In this document: positions 1 through 9,473 of the stretch, in pieces
Layout: each line of letters begins with the position of its first letter
Numbering within the stretch: position 1 is the stretch's first letter
Made by a program: the position numbers and the translations under genes
The notes under the pieces: model-generated
Told to the model about the DNA's origin: nothing
What the model saw: the letters and a program-made list of their open reading frames with translations, nothing else
The model's database searches: none
Origin: Nitrospinota bacterium
Lineage (GTDB): Bacteria; Nitrospinota; Nitrospinia; Nitrospinales; VA-1
Reading direction: 5' to 3'
Assembly (NCBI GenBank): GCA_038108555.1
Contig: JAYNIA010000021.1
Span: 1-43,488, forward strand
Length of the DNA stretch: 43,488 nt

Positions 1-323
1 ATGCTTATCTCTATTCCCAATCCTCCAAATTTTCCTGTGGTCTCAACCTGCATTTCTTTATAAGAAGCCGGGGGCATATAACTGGTATGAGGGTCCAGAG
101 ATTTAACCATGCCTCTGATAGCCCCTTCAATCATTGAATCATTTTCAACAGGCTCAACATAATTTGACTCAATCAGAGAAAGAATCTCAGAAAAAACTTT
201 AAGCTTGTTATAGGCATTCTTATCTGCATTTTCTTCAGCAAACAGACTTATTGTGGAAAAAAAGCAAACAAGAAATACGGTGGAAAATAAAGTGGTTTTA
301 TAATTCTTAATTAGCCTGTCCAA
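1..323 (-). CDS. S41-family C-terminal processing protease (CtpA/Prc-like), 5' part only; runs off the window edge
   Basis: Not in the ORF track. Manual translation from TTG at 323 (GGAG about 8 nt upstream): signal peptide, then AYNKLKVFSEILSLIESNYVEPV...GAIRGMVKSLDPHTSYM...TTGKFGGLGIEI. LDPHT and GKFGGLGIEI are S41A hallmarks. Usual position downstream of envC. Confidence 0.9.
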   Translation of the reverse strand, partial: MDRLIKNYKTTLFSTVFLVCFFSTISLFAEENADKNAYNKLKVFSEILSLIESNYVEPVENDSMIEGAIRGMVKSLDPHTSYMPPASYKEMQVETTGKFGGLGIEIS

Positions 324-393
324 AATAGGGTCTCCAAATTTTAGTTTTGACTTTTCTTCTTTATTTAAATAGTACTTTCCCTAGATAAAAGGG

Positions 394-1581
394 CTATTTT
401 TTAGCCATTTTAAACCAGGGAGTGGGTTTAATGGGTTTTCCGTTTTTTCTCAATTCAAAATAAAGGGTTTCTCCAACGAGGGAGCCCGAATCGCCACTCA
501 AAGCAATCACATCTCCGGTCCGAACCACTTTATTTACCGATACTCGTATGGAATCCAAATGGCCATATAGAGAATGGTATTCCTTGCCATGACCAATAAT
601 TACAAGATTCCCGTATCCTTCCAGTTCCCCTGTATATAGGACTTTTCCATCAAAAATGGCTTTAACAGGAGTACCCTTGCTGGCCTTAACGTTGATCCCA
701 TTATAAACAATATAGGAATCATATTCCTTAACTCTTTTCCTCCCGAATTTGTTGAGGATGCGCCCTTTTAAGGGAAGATTGAGCCGTCCTTTTTTATCTG
801 AAATATCCAGACCCTCACCGGAAACCAGTTTGACAAGTAATTTATCAATAAGTTTATTCAGGTTATTGGAGGCTGCGAGCAGTTCTTTTTTAGCCTTAAC
901 ACTGAAACTTTTTTTCTTTTTTATATTCTTTAGAAATTTAGACTTTTCCTTTTTTGCACCTTCAATTTCCTTTTTCTTGGAACGCGTATTTCTTTCCAGC
1001 TTTACCAGTTTGGCCCGAACCCCCAACAAAGCTTTCCTATCCTCTTCAATCTGCTTTAATTGCCTTTTATACTCCTGAAGCAATTCCGCATCCTGACGGG
1101 CAATTAAATCCATATATTTGATTTGTTGCAATAAATCGGTCACGCTATTTGAGGAAAAGGCCACCTTCAATGGAAACATGGGGCCTTCTTTATATATGGA
1201 TCTGAGACGAAGCCCCAGGACGGTCTTATGTTGTTTAATTTTTTGCTCCGCTTTTTTTAATCGCGGTTCCAGACTGGCTATTTTCTTTTGATTGTTCCTG
1301 AAATTCCATTGATAAATCCCTAACTCCCTTTCCTTGAGTTTCAATTGACTATCAATTTTTTGCAGTTTTTTGAGCAAGGTGGATTCCTTAGCTCCCGCAT
1401 TTTTTATGGCTTTTTCCTGTCGGGCAATTTTTTTCCTTAAAGCTTTCAATTCCGCCTGTTCATCTTTTAACAAGGCATCAATTTCACCAGGTTTCGTATT
1501 ATTGGCAAATCCGGGTACCGCAGTTCCCTCCAACATCAATATCAGTGCGATTAAAATAATTTTTTTAACTATTTTTTTCAT
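394..1581 (-). CDS. envC: Murein hydrolase activator EnvC (signal peptide, coiled coil, degenerate M23/LytM domain)
   Basis: Long coiled coil. C-terminal M23 domain (GYGNLVIIGHG, LYFELRKNGKP) with the HxxxD zinc motif replaced by YNGIN. Overlaps the ftsX stop. Confidence 0.9.
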   Translation of the reverse strand: MKKIVKKIILIALILMLEGTAVPGFANNTKPGEIDALLKDEQAELKALRKKIARQEKAIKNAGAKESTLLKKLQKIDSQLKLKERELGIYQWNFRNNQKKIASLEPRLKKAEQKIKQHKTVLGLRLRSIYKEGPMFPLKVAFSSNSVTDLLQQIKYMDLIARQDAELLQEYKRQLKQIEEDRKALLGVRAKLVKLERNTRSKKKEIEGAKKEKSKFLKNIKKKKSFSVKAKKELLAASNNLNKLIDKLLVKLVSGEGLDISDKKGRLNLPLKGRILNKFGRKRVKEYDSYIVYNGINVKASKGTPVKAIFDGKVLYTGELEGYGNLVIIGHGKEYHSLYGHLDSIRVSVNKVVRTGDVIALSGDSGSLVGETLYFELRKNGKPIKPTPWFKMAKK

Positions 1582-2489
1582 TTTTTATTCAACATTCGCA
1601 AAAACTGGAAAGTCGATATATAACTGGCCATCAATCCTACCAAAACACTCAAGCCAACCAGGCCAAATAAAATGGGTTCTGCAATAAATTCGAATTCCAT
1701 GGACATGGATTCAATCGATGATTGGAATTCTTTCTTTATATAAAAATGGGCTCCGCCTATCAAAGCCAAGGCTAATACAGATCCCGCAAGCCCCTGCAAC
1801 ATCCCTTCCAGCAAAAACGGGATTTTTACAAACCGTGGCGTGGCACCAATCAATAGCATTAACTCTATTTCGTCCTGCCTGGAGTAAATCGACAAACGAA
1901 TGGTGTTGGAAATGATTAAGGTAAGCCCCAGGCACAATAAGCCACCCATGGCAAACAGAAAAATTTGGGAAAAAACGATAAATCTTTCAAAGCGTCTAAT
2001 CCACTCCTCTCCATACTCAATGGACTCAACACCTTTTTGATTTTTGAGGGTTTCAGCAAGTTCTCGTATGTATAACAACCGATCTTCAGTTTCCTGAAAC
2101 TTGATTTTGTATGAAGCCGGAAGCGGATTAAATTCCAGATCCAACAAGGGCTTTAAGTTGTCAGACATATTGGATTGAAACTCCTCCCACGCTTCCTCCC
2201 TTGTAATCTCGTCAAAAGAGTCAACCTGTGGTGCATTTTTGATGAGTTCCTTCAAATTTTCTTTATCCGCAGGGGTAATATCGTCGACCAAATATACAAT
2301 GAGTTGCACCTGTCGATTCCATTTAGACAGGAAGCCATTCAAATTAAAGAACAGCATTAAAAACAAACCCAGGATAGCAATAGATATGGTTATAGTTGCT
2401 ACGGAAAGAAAAAAGGTCTGCTTGTTTTTCAAAATATTTGAAAGAGTCGTTCTAAACCCACTCAATAAAGTCTGCATAGCTAATCTCAA
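1578..2489 (-). CDS. ftsX: Cell division permease FtsX (start could be ATG at 2477)
   Basis: Four TM segments; NPLPAS, IISNTIRLSIYSRQDEIELMLLIGAT and PFLLEG motifs. Confidence 0.95.
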   Translation of the reverse strand: MRLAMQTLLSGFRTTLSNILKNKQTFFLSVATITISIAILGLFLMLFFNLNGFLSKWNRQVQLIVYLVDDITPADKENLKELIKNAPQVDSFDEITREEAWEEFQSNMSDNLKPLLDLEFNPLPASYKIKFQETEDRLLYIRELAETLKNQKGVESIEYGEEWIRRFERFIVFSQIFLFAMGGLLCLGLTLIISNTIRLSIYSRQDEIELMLLIGATPRFVKIPFLLEGMLQGLAGSVLALALIGGAHFYIKKEFQSSIESMSMEFEFIAEPILFGLVGLSVLVGLMASYISTFQFLRMLNKK

Positions 2490-3142
2490 GACCTGACAAC
2501 TTTACCGCGATTAAGATTAATCACACGATGGTTCCCCAACCTGACAATCTCCTGACTATGAGTTGCAAAAATAATCGTGGCACCCTTTCTATTTAACTCT
2601 TCAAACAGCTTAAAAATTTCAATGGAAATTTCGGGATCCAGGTTTCCCGTGGGTTCATCGGCAAGAATAATCGAGGGTTCATTTACCATTGCCCTTGCGA
2701 TAGCGATCCTCTGCTGCTCTCCCCCTGACAAATAAGCGGGGTAAACATCTTTCTTAGGGGTCAATCCCACATTCTTCAAAGCTTCCCAGGTTTTAAAGCG
2801 AATGGTTTTTCTATCTCGGCCTATCACTTCCTGTGCAAAGGAAACATTCTCAAAAACGGTTTTATTGGGAAGCAGCTTATAATCCTGAAAAACAACACCC
2901 ATGGATCTTCTGAGGGTATAAATATTCCTATGGGTTAATTTTCCAACATTGATTCCACTGACCAGAACCTGTCCCTTTTCGAATCGCTCCCAACCAAACA
3001 ATATCTTTAAAACGGTGGTTTTTCCTGCTCCACTGGGGCCCGTCAGGAAAACGAATTCTCCCTTTTCGATTTCCATGGAAATATTATCCAAAACCGGATT
3101 CGACCCGTCATACATTTTTACAACGTCAAAAATCTGGATCAT
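2486..3142 (-). CDS. ftsE: Cell division ATP-binding protein FtsE
   Basis: Walker A GPSGAGKT, VVFQDYKLL, LSGGEQQR, ADEPTGNLD; coupled to ftsX. Confidence 0.95.
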   Translation of the reverse strand: MIQIFDVVKMYDGSNPVLDNISMEIEKGEFVFLTGPSGAGKTTVLKILFGWERFEKGQVLVSGINVGKLTHRNIYTLRRSMGVVFQDYKLLPNKTVFENVSFAQEVIGRDRKTIRFKTWEALKNVGLTPKKDVYPAYLSGGEQQRIAIARAMVNEPSIILADEPTGNLDPEISIEIFKLFEELNRKGATIIFATHSQEIVRLGNHRVINLNRGKVVRS

Positions 3143-3194
3143 TGAAATTTTTACGATACAGGGTGAAACGAGACCACCCTTTCAGGAAGGCAAA

Positions 3195-3854
3195 TTAAGA
3201 ATTTTCCTGTGGGTTTATATGAGGGAGATTGTTTTCATCTTCCAAAATAAAGTCTGCGCTGGAAATATTTTCGGTGGTGTATTCCAGTGGGAGCATGGAA
3301 ATCATTCCGGAACCATAAAATTTCCTGATTTGGTCGTCACTTAATAGATCAAAATTTATATATGTTTTAATAACCAGTCTTTCATTTTCCAATTCGTATG
3401 CAAAAACACCTTCGGAGCATGTCAGATAACCTTCATTTTCACCAAAGGACAAAATAGCTTCATTCAATAAAACATCCAGTTGGATAATACAATTATCCTG
3501 GGTGTTCATTCGCTCGCTAAAACGGTCCACACAATGGGAAGTGTAGTAAACCTGGGGCAATGAAAAAGATTGGCGCAACTTTCCCTTATCTGTGGACTCT
3601 GTTTGAACAGGAGACACCACAGCACTAAAACCTTGCTTCGAAAAATTGATTAAAAACAGGATATCCTTGCCAAATCGCTTGCTGACCTTTCGGGTCATGT
3701 CTTCAATAAATCTCTGCCGTTTTCTAATCGAGATTTTCCCTGAAGAACGAAACTTTTTCTTAAATTCCGATTTTAAAAAGTTTTCAATTTGAGATTTTTT
3801 AAAGCTGAAATAACGATCCTGAGGCATGATGACTTTGCGGTTTTTTAGTCCCAA
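3195..3854 (-). CDS. Hypothetical protein (basic N-terminus; TSHCVDRFSER motif)
   Basis: 219-aa ORF that fills the space between ftsE and an AT-rich promoter region. No family confidently recognised. Confidence 0.7.
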   Translation of the reverse strand: MGLKNRKVIMPQDRYFSFKKSQIENFLKSEFKKKFRSSGKISIRKRQRFIEDMTRKVSKRFGKDILFLINFSKQGFSAVVSPVQTESTDKGKLRQSFSLPQVYYTSHCVDRFSERMNTQDNCIIQLDVLLNEAILSFGENEGYLTCSEGVFAYELENERLVIKTYINFDLLSDDQIRKFYGSGMISMLPLEYTTENISSADFILEDENNLPHINPQENS

Positions 3855-3900
3855 CTAAATTCTACCTATACAATAGATTAAATATTACCATAAGAAAAGG

Positions 3901-3922
3901 TATTTATAACCTATTGAAATAT
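3901..3922. promoter_or_regulatory. IHF-like intergenic motif, copy 1
   Basis: Minus strand reads ATATTTCAATAGGTTATAAATA. Nearly identical to 31858-31879 and close to the WATCAANNNNTTR consensus. Confidence 0.45.
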
Positions 3923-4034
3923 TTACATTTTTTTTATAATATTCCCCGAATTTCTTAATTATTTTAAATTTCTTTTCAGGGGCTCTGTTTTCCCTGGTAC
4001 CAACCGTAATCCTTTGCATGTTAGACTATTATTT

Positions 4035-4760
4035 ATGAATCCCACCCCTAAAATTTTCCTTATGCTTTTAGGCGCAACTCTGATTTTTCACACCGCCTTG
4101 AACTACATGATTGACAACATTGAAGAGTTTGAAACGGTACCCCTACCCCCAAAAAAGATAAAAAAAATAAGCACTTATAATCCCACTATTCAGGTTAATG
4201 CTAAAACCAAGGATTCATGGATGCTGGTCAACTTCGCCACGGGAAAAACTCAATCTGTAAAAGATGATGATTCCGGGAAAAAGGCTTTCCAAAATATCAA
4301 TTGGGATCTGGGTTTCAGCAGGACCAAGATTATTTCCAATGGTGGAGCCACCAACCCTCAGGGACAAACCGGCGCTATCAACCTGGGTGCCGTGGATTTT
4401 GATAATGTAAGAAAAGCCCCTCAACAGGGCTATGTCAAAGACAAAATTTCATTTGGTAGCTTGATCAATAAAGAATTGTCTGACTGGTACAATTACCGAA
4501 CGAGAACGCATAATATTGAATCCAAGAAAAATGTTTACATAATCAAGCTTGCTGACAACCGTTTCATGAAAATGCGGATTTTAAATTATTACTGTGGAAA
4601 AAAAGACGAGGACTGCAGAACCACCATGTGTTCCAGACAACAAGCAGCGTGTTTAACAGTGGAGTATGTCCTGTCCGAAAATGGAACCAACCAATTTCCT
4701 CTAAACATGGCAGATTCCAAAATTGTCTCTAATATTGACTCTGCTACAAATATTAATTGA
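4035..4760 (+). CDS. HmuY-family heme-binding protein with N-terminal hydrophobic anchor
   Basis: WDLGFSRTKIISNGGATNPQGQTGA, WYNY...H and VYIIKLADNRFMKMRILNYY match the HmuY pattern. ATG at 4035 preferred over TTG at 4014. Confidence 0.75.
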   Translation: MNPTPKIFLMLLGATLIFHTALNYMIDNIEEFETVPLPPKKIKKISTYNPTIQVNAKTKDSWMLVNFATGKTQSVKDDDSGKKAFQNINWDLGFSRTKIISNGGATNPQGQTGAINLGAVDFDNVRKAPQQGYVKDKISFGSLINKELSDWYNYRTRTHNIESKKNVYIIKLADNRFMKMRILNYYCGKKDEDCRTTMCSRQQAACLTVEYVLSENGTNQFPLNMADSKIVSNIDSATNIN

Positions 4761-5491
4761 TAAAAAACCTTTTCATTTTATTCGTTGCTGTTTTTCTTTT
4801 AGGTTGTAATGAAAACAAACAACCTGGCGAAATGGTTAAAATCCCTGCCGGGGAATTTGTCCTGGGGTTTGACCCGGCAAATGAACTTATCCCATTCATG
4901 TCGGATAAAACGGCTGGACTCAATGCACAGCCCAAACAAAAAATATTTCTCGAATCGTTTTATATTGACCGATACGAAACAACCTATGAAGACTTTATAA
5001 AGTTCAAACCCAAGGCAAAATATTCTACCCATTCTCCAAATGAACCAGTCCGGGGTGTGAGCTGGTATGAGGCCGATGCTTATTGCCACTTTATTGGAAA
5101 AAGGTTGCCTACAGAATTTGAATGGGAAAAAGCTGCAAGAGGAAAGGACAATCGACTTTTTGTCTGGGGAAACGAGTTCAAAAAAGAAAACGCAAACTTT
5201 TCCAAAAAGGTTATTCCTGTTAGCCAAAAAAACAACGACAAAAGTCCGTATGGGGTTTGGGGAATGAATGGGAATGTATCAGAATGGACCAGCAGTTGGT
5301 ATCTCCCTTACCCCGACTCTTCTCACGAGGATGAAAATTATGGAAAAAAATTCAAGGTTACGCGTGGCGGTTCATTTTTTAAAAGAGACCATGGCTTCAT
5401 GAAGGAGTTTGCCATGATCCCTTATAGAAATATTTCCCCTTTGAATGCAAGGTTCTGGGATACCGGCGTACGCTGCGCGCGTTCAGAATAA
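4757..5491 (+). CDS. FGE-sulfatase (SUMF1/C-type-lectin-fold) domain lipoprotein
   Basis: Lipobox LLGC; RLPTEFEWEKAARG, MNGNVSEW, RGGSF, GVRCA. No FGE catalytic Cys pair. Confidence 0.88.
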   Translation: MIKNLFILFVAVFLLGCNENKQPGEMVKIPAGEFVLGFDPANELIPFMSDKTAGLNAQPKQKIFLESFYIDRYETTYEDFIKFKPKAKYSTHSPNEPVRGVSWYEADAYCHFIGKRLPTEFEWEKAARGKDNRLFVWGNEFKKENANFSKKVIPVSQKNNDKSPYGVWGMNGNVSEWTSSWYLPYPDSSHEDENYGKKFKVTRGGSFFKRDHGFMKEFAMIPYRNISPLNARFWDTGVRCARSE

Positions 5492-5495
5492 AAGG

Positions 5496-7415
5496 CTATC
5501 CCTCACTCACATTTTCATCTGGTATCGGATCGGAAGGGCTGCTTTCCGAGCTTGGCCGGACATATGGAGCCGGAAGCGGAATTAGGGGAGCCTCAACTTT
5601 ATCCGGCAATCCTTCAAATTGACTTTCTTCTGATTTTATAGGACTCGTTGTCGACGCTGACTCCTCTCCAGAGGCAGAAGGCTGTTCCCCACCCGTCTTT
5701 TTGCGGGAGTTGTAAGGCCTTCTTCCCCTTCCCCTGCTTTGTCCCCTTCTGGAAGACTGCTTTCTTCTCGAATACCGATGTTTTGGCTTTGTAGTAGTCT
5801 TTTCGCCATCGGCTTTCTGAGCATCCTCACTCTGGACTTTGAATTGGCCAGCCTCTTCACCTGAAAGTTCTTTTTCCGTTTTTCTATCCGAGGTTTTGGT
5901 TTCTTCTTCCAACTCCTCCTCTTTGGTCTCTAGAACTTCAAACTTAAAATTTTCAAAAGCCAAATCAGGTTGGCTGATGAATTTAAAATCCAATTGATAT
6001 TTTTCTTTAAGGTCGGCAATGGCCTCCATTTTATGATTCAATAGATAGGTGGCCACTTCTGAGGATATTTCCAAGGAAATTGCTTTCACATTACCTTTGG
6101 CTATTAACTCCTGAATTTTTCTAAAAACAAGCAACACAATGGAGTTGACCGACCTAACCACCCCTGAGCCTTTGCAATGGCTGCATTCATCGAATATTCC
6201 GTCTTTTACGGGTGGTGAAATTCTTTGTCGGGACATTTCCAATAGCCCAAACTTGGAAATGCGTGACAGATTGATCCTTGCCTTGTCTGTTTTACAAGCC
6301 AGTTTCAATTGTTTTTCAACAGCTGCCTTGTTCTTTTTCTGGTACATATCAATAAAATCGATAACAACCAATCCGCCCAAGTCCCGCAATCGTAATTGCC
6401 GTGCAATTTCTTTAGCCGCCTCCAGGTTTGTGGTGACTGCTGTCTCCTCTAAATCCAACCCCCCTTTTGTTTTCCCGGAATTCACATCAATAGAGGCCAT
6501 GGCCTCTCCAATATCTATTACGATTGATCCTCCCGATGGCAGGGGAACGTTTCGTTCATATATAGACTCAATTTGCTCTTCTACCTTATATTCGGAAAAA
6601 AGCGGGCGGGTTTCTTTATAGAGTTTTACAAGATTTCTGCTACGTGGCATGACCAGTCTTGCAAAGTCCTTTAACGCCTTGTAAGACTCGCTACTATCGA
6701 CAATGATTTGGGATGTATCGCTGGAATAATGGTCGCGAACCGTTCGAACGACTAAATCCGGTTCTTTATAAATCAAGTAGGGAGCCGCAGTGGTATCGTC
6801 TTCCAGGGAACTTTGGATTTTTTCCCAAACCTTAAGGAGCATTTGCAGGTCTTTCTGCAGTTCATTTTTGTTCCGACCCACTCCTGCGGTACGTATGATC
6901 AACCCAAGATTATCGGGCAGATTAAAATCGGCAACAATATCCTTTAGTTTTTTCCTTTCAGATTCATCTTCAATCTTTCGTGAAACGGCACTTCCCTGGC
7001 CCTGCATCAAAACCAGAAAACGACCTGGAATACTGAGAGCGTTATTCAAAGAGGGCCCCTTCGCATCCCGGCTTTCCTTGACCACTTGAACCAGAATCTT
7101 TTGCCCACGCATGAGGACGTCCTGAATCCTTGTTTTCGCCTTTTTTTCGCCAGTATGGCAGTAGGATTCTTTTAGGACATCCTTAAACGGTAAAAAACCA
7201 AATTTTTTGTTACCAAAATCGACAAATGCTGCTTCTATTGAGGGTTCAATTCGATTAATGACCCCTAAATAAACATTGCCTTTAATTTGCTCTCTTGAAG
7301 AATGTTCGACTATATAGTCATCGATCACATTGTTGTTTAAAATAACCGCACGACATTCTTCGGGATGCTGAGCGTTAATTAGCATCACCTTTTTGTTTCC
7401 TGTAGTTTTTTTCAT
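5496..7415 (-). CDS. rne: Ribonuclease E (Rne/Rng family) with disordered Arg-rich C-terminal tail
   Basis: S1 domain (GNVYLG...IEAAFVDFG), IDVNSGK, EIARQLRLRDLGGLVVIDFIDM, Zn-link CSHCKGSG, Arg-rich tail. ATG at 7415 preferred over TTG at 7466. Confidence 0.92.
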   Translation of the reverse strand: MKKTTGNKKVMLINAQHPEECRAVILNNNVIDDYIVEHSSREQIKGNVYLGVINRIEPSIEAAFVDFGNKKFGFLPFKDVLKESYCHTGEKKAKTRIQDVLMRGQKILVQVVKESRDAKGPSLNNALSIPGRFLVLMQGQGSAVSRKIEDESERKKLKDIVADFNLPDNLGLIIRTAGVGRNKNELQKDLQMLLKVWEKIQSSLEDDTTAAPYLIYKEPDLVVRTVRDHYSSDTSQIIVDSSESYKALKDFARLVMPRSRNLVKLYKETRPLFSEYKVEEQIESIYERNVPLPSGGSIVIDIGEAMASIDVNSGKTKGGLDLEETAVTTNLEAAKEIARQLRLRDLGGLVVIDFIDMYQKKNKAAVEKQLKLACKTDKARINLSRISKFGLLEMSRQRISPPVKDGIFDECSHCKGSGVVRSVNSIVLLVFRKIQELIAKGNVKAISLEISSEVATYLLNHKMEAIADLKEKYQLDFKFISQPDLAFENFKFEVLETKEEELEEETKTSDRKTEKELSGEEAGQFKVQSEDAQKADGEKTTTKPKHRYSRRKQSSRRGQSRGRGRRPYNSRKKTGGEQPSASGEESASTTSPIKSEESQFEGLPDKVEAPLIPLPAPYVRPSSESSPSDPIPDENVSEG

Positions 7416-7775
7416 AGATTCGTTCCTGTTTCTCCCCTTTTCTCTTTTCGTAGGACTCTTTTGCAAAGCATTGAGGTTGGAATTTGTAAAGCTTGCATTT
7501 CACACAGGAAGCTTTATAATTCAATAAGTTATGGATATTTCTGAATTGCCTTGCTGGTCGGAACCATAGCTAATGGTCTGAGGAAAGGAATGAAGAGTGT
7601 TTTTGTTTGGCTGTTTCCCAGTAGAAATGCCTTAAAGAAATTCGTTATATACTTTTACTCACAATTCTAAATTATTATTAAAAAAACTTTTTTTCTAATT
7701 TATTAAAATAAAAAACTTTAAAAATTAAAGTTTGTGAATTTAACTTTTTTGTAAAAACTGCAAAATCTGAATTGC

Positions 7776-7804
7776 ATCATACCATCCTAAGCACTTATAG
7801 TGAA
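7776..7804 (-). promoter_or_regulatory. Putative sigma-70 promoter for rne
   Basis: Minus strand: TTCACT-N17-TATGAT with an extended -10 (TGGTATGAT). Confidence 0.5.
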
Positions 7805-7907
7805 ATTTTATTCGGAATATCAGGAGTCCAAAAATATAAATTTAATATTTAATCCTTAAAATAAAACTACTTATCTATCCTTTTGATTTTTTTGTAATTA
7901 TAAGGCA

Positions 7908-9473
7908 ATGACTATGGAAAACAAGGAAACATCGAATCTCATCGGCATGGCGCAATTGGCCGATCTAAAACCCTCTGATCTACGCGGGAAAACCATATTT
8001 ATAAGATGTGATTTCAATGTTCCTTTAAGACATACTTCCAAAGGATTGTATCGCGTTGCTGATGATACCCGAATTCGTCGGTTTCTGGATCTTACCTTTA
8101 AAAAAATACATGAGTTGACTGAGGGCGATTGCCGAATAGTAATTGGCTCCCATTTGGGACGACCCCATAAGAATAAAGATCATTCTGGTTGGGATGGAGT
8201 ATTCAACATTCAATTTGTATGCTCGCATTTTGATACTCTGATTCGCAGGGTTTACGGAGACACTTATACCATTTTCCCCCCTGAGACACTGGACTCTCAC
8301 ATGAAGCACTCCCTTGAAATAGTCGCGCATAAAAGACTTCCACCGGGGGGAATCAAATTCCTTCCCAATTTAAGGTATCTTCTTGATCCTAAAAATACAG
8401 ACCTCTATCGAAAAGAATTTATCGCTAAACTCGCGGATATTGCAGATGTATATATCAATTGCGCCTTTGGCTGTAGTCACCGCATTACAAGAAGTATCAA
8501 GCTTCTTCCTCAAATGATGCGGGCAAATGACAAAAAGGTTGTTGCAGGAGTTTTACTGTATGAAGAAATCAACCGCCTTGGGGCCTTTGCTGGAAAGGTT
8601 TTGGCCAACCCTAAAAAAACCATGGTGATAGCCGGTGGCTCAAAAATTACTGACAAAATCAAAATCTTACAGCAGTTTGTTGAAACGGGTGTGCATTCCA
8701 TCTTTATCGGTGGAAAAATGGCAAACTCTTTTCTTATGGCTCAGCAACAAAAAGATTTGCTTAAACCTTTCAGCCTTGAAACGATTCCCGTAAAACTGGC
8801 GAGTTCGGAAGCAAACGAAAATCAGGAGCTATTGGATGAAGTAAACCTGGCAGAAAAAATACTTGATCTTGCTGAAGAGAAAAAGGTTTCCATTATTCTA
8901 TCCGAGGACTACAAAGTTGTTTCGGAATTTAAGTCAACTTCATTCGAAAACAAAACCACCCTCGATTTTTCAAAGGAAATCCAACTGGATCTTGGAGAGA
9001 AAACAATCACCCAATTTGAAGAAAAACTAAAAGGAATTGAAAATGTATTTTGGAATGGCCCCCTGGGTGCCTACGACCATCCAATAAGCACCAATTACGC
9101 AGAAGGATCTCTTGAAATTGCAAAACTTTTATTTAGAAATGCCATTCTCAACCCAAACCTTTCAATTGTAATTGGAGGCGGAGATTCAGCCGCTATCCTG
9201 AATAAAATCGGCGGAAGCGAATTAAAGAAAATGATCAAACGGCAAATTGGAAAAATCATTCCTTCGACCGTTAATCGGAATCAGATATCCATTGATTTTC
9301 TGGAAAATGACTCCTATCAATTATGGAATTATTTTGCCAATAACTTTTTTGTTTCCACCGGTGGCGGCGCATCTTTGGAATTTCTGGAAGGGTTTCTCGC
9401 CGGCGAAGCTCAAGGGGATATGGCTTCTTATCTTCCCGGAACAGCCACCCTCATGGAACTATGCGTACTATAA
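7908..9473 (+). CDS. pgk: Phosphoglycerate kinase, unusually long and divergent
   Basis: RCDFNVP, DDTRI, SHLGRP, NLRY, GGSKITDKI, WNGPLG, GGGDSAA, STGGGASLEFLEG, LPG. Confidence 0.9.
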   Translation: MTMENKETSNLIGMAQLADLKPSDLRGKTIFIRCDFNVPLRHTSKGLYRVADDTRIRRFLDLTFKKIHELTEGDCRIVIGSHLGRPHKNKDHSGWDGVFNIQFVCSHFDTLIRRVYGDTYTIFPPETLDSHMKHSLEIVAHKRLPPGGIKFLPNLRYLLDPKNTDLYRKEFIAKLADIADVYINCAFGCSHRITRSIKLLPQMMRANDKKVVAGVLLYEEINRLGAFAGKVLANPKKTMVIAGGSKITDKIKILQQFVETGVHSIFIGGKMANSFLMAQQQKDLLKPFSLETIPVKLASSEANENQELLDEVNLAEKILDLAEEKKVSIILSEDYKVVSEFKSTSFENKTTLDFSKEIQLDLGEKTITQFEEKLKGIENVFWNGPLGAYDHPISTNYAEGSLEIAKLLFRNAILNPNLSIVIGGGDSAAILNKIGGSELKKMIKRQIGKIIPSTVNRNQISIDFLENDSYQLWNYFANNFFVSTGGGASLEFLEGFLAGEAQGDMASYLPGTATLMELCVL

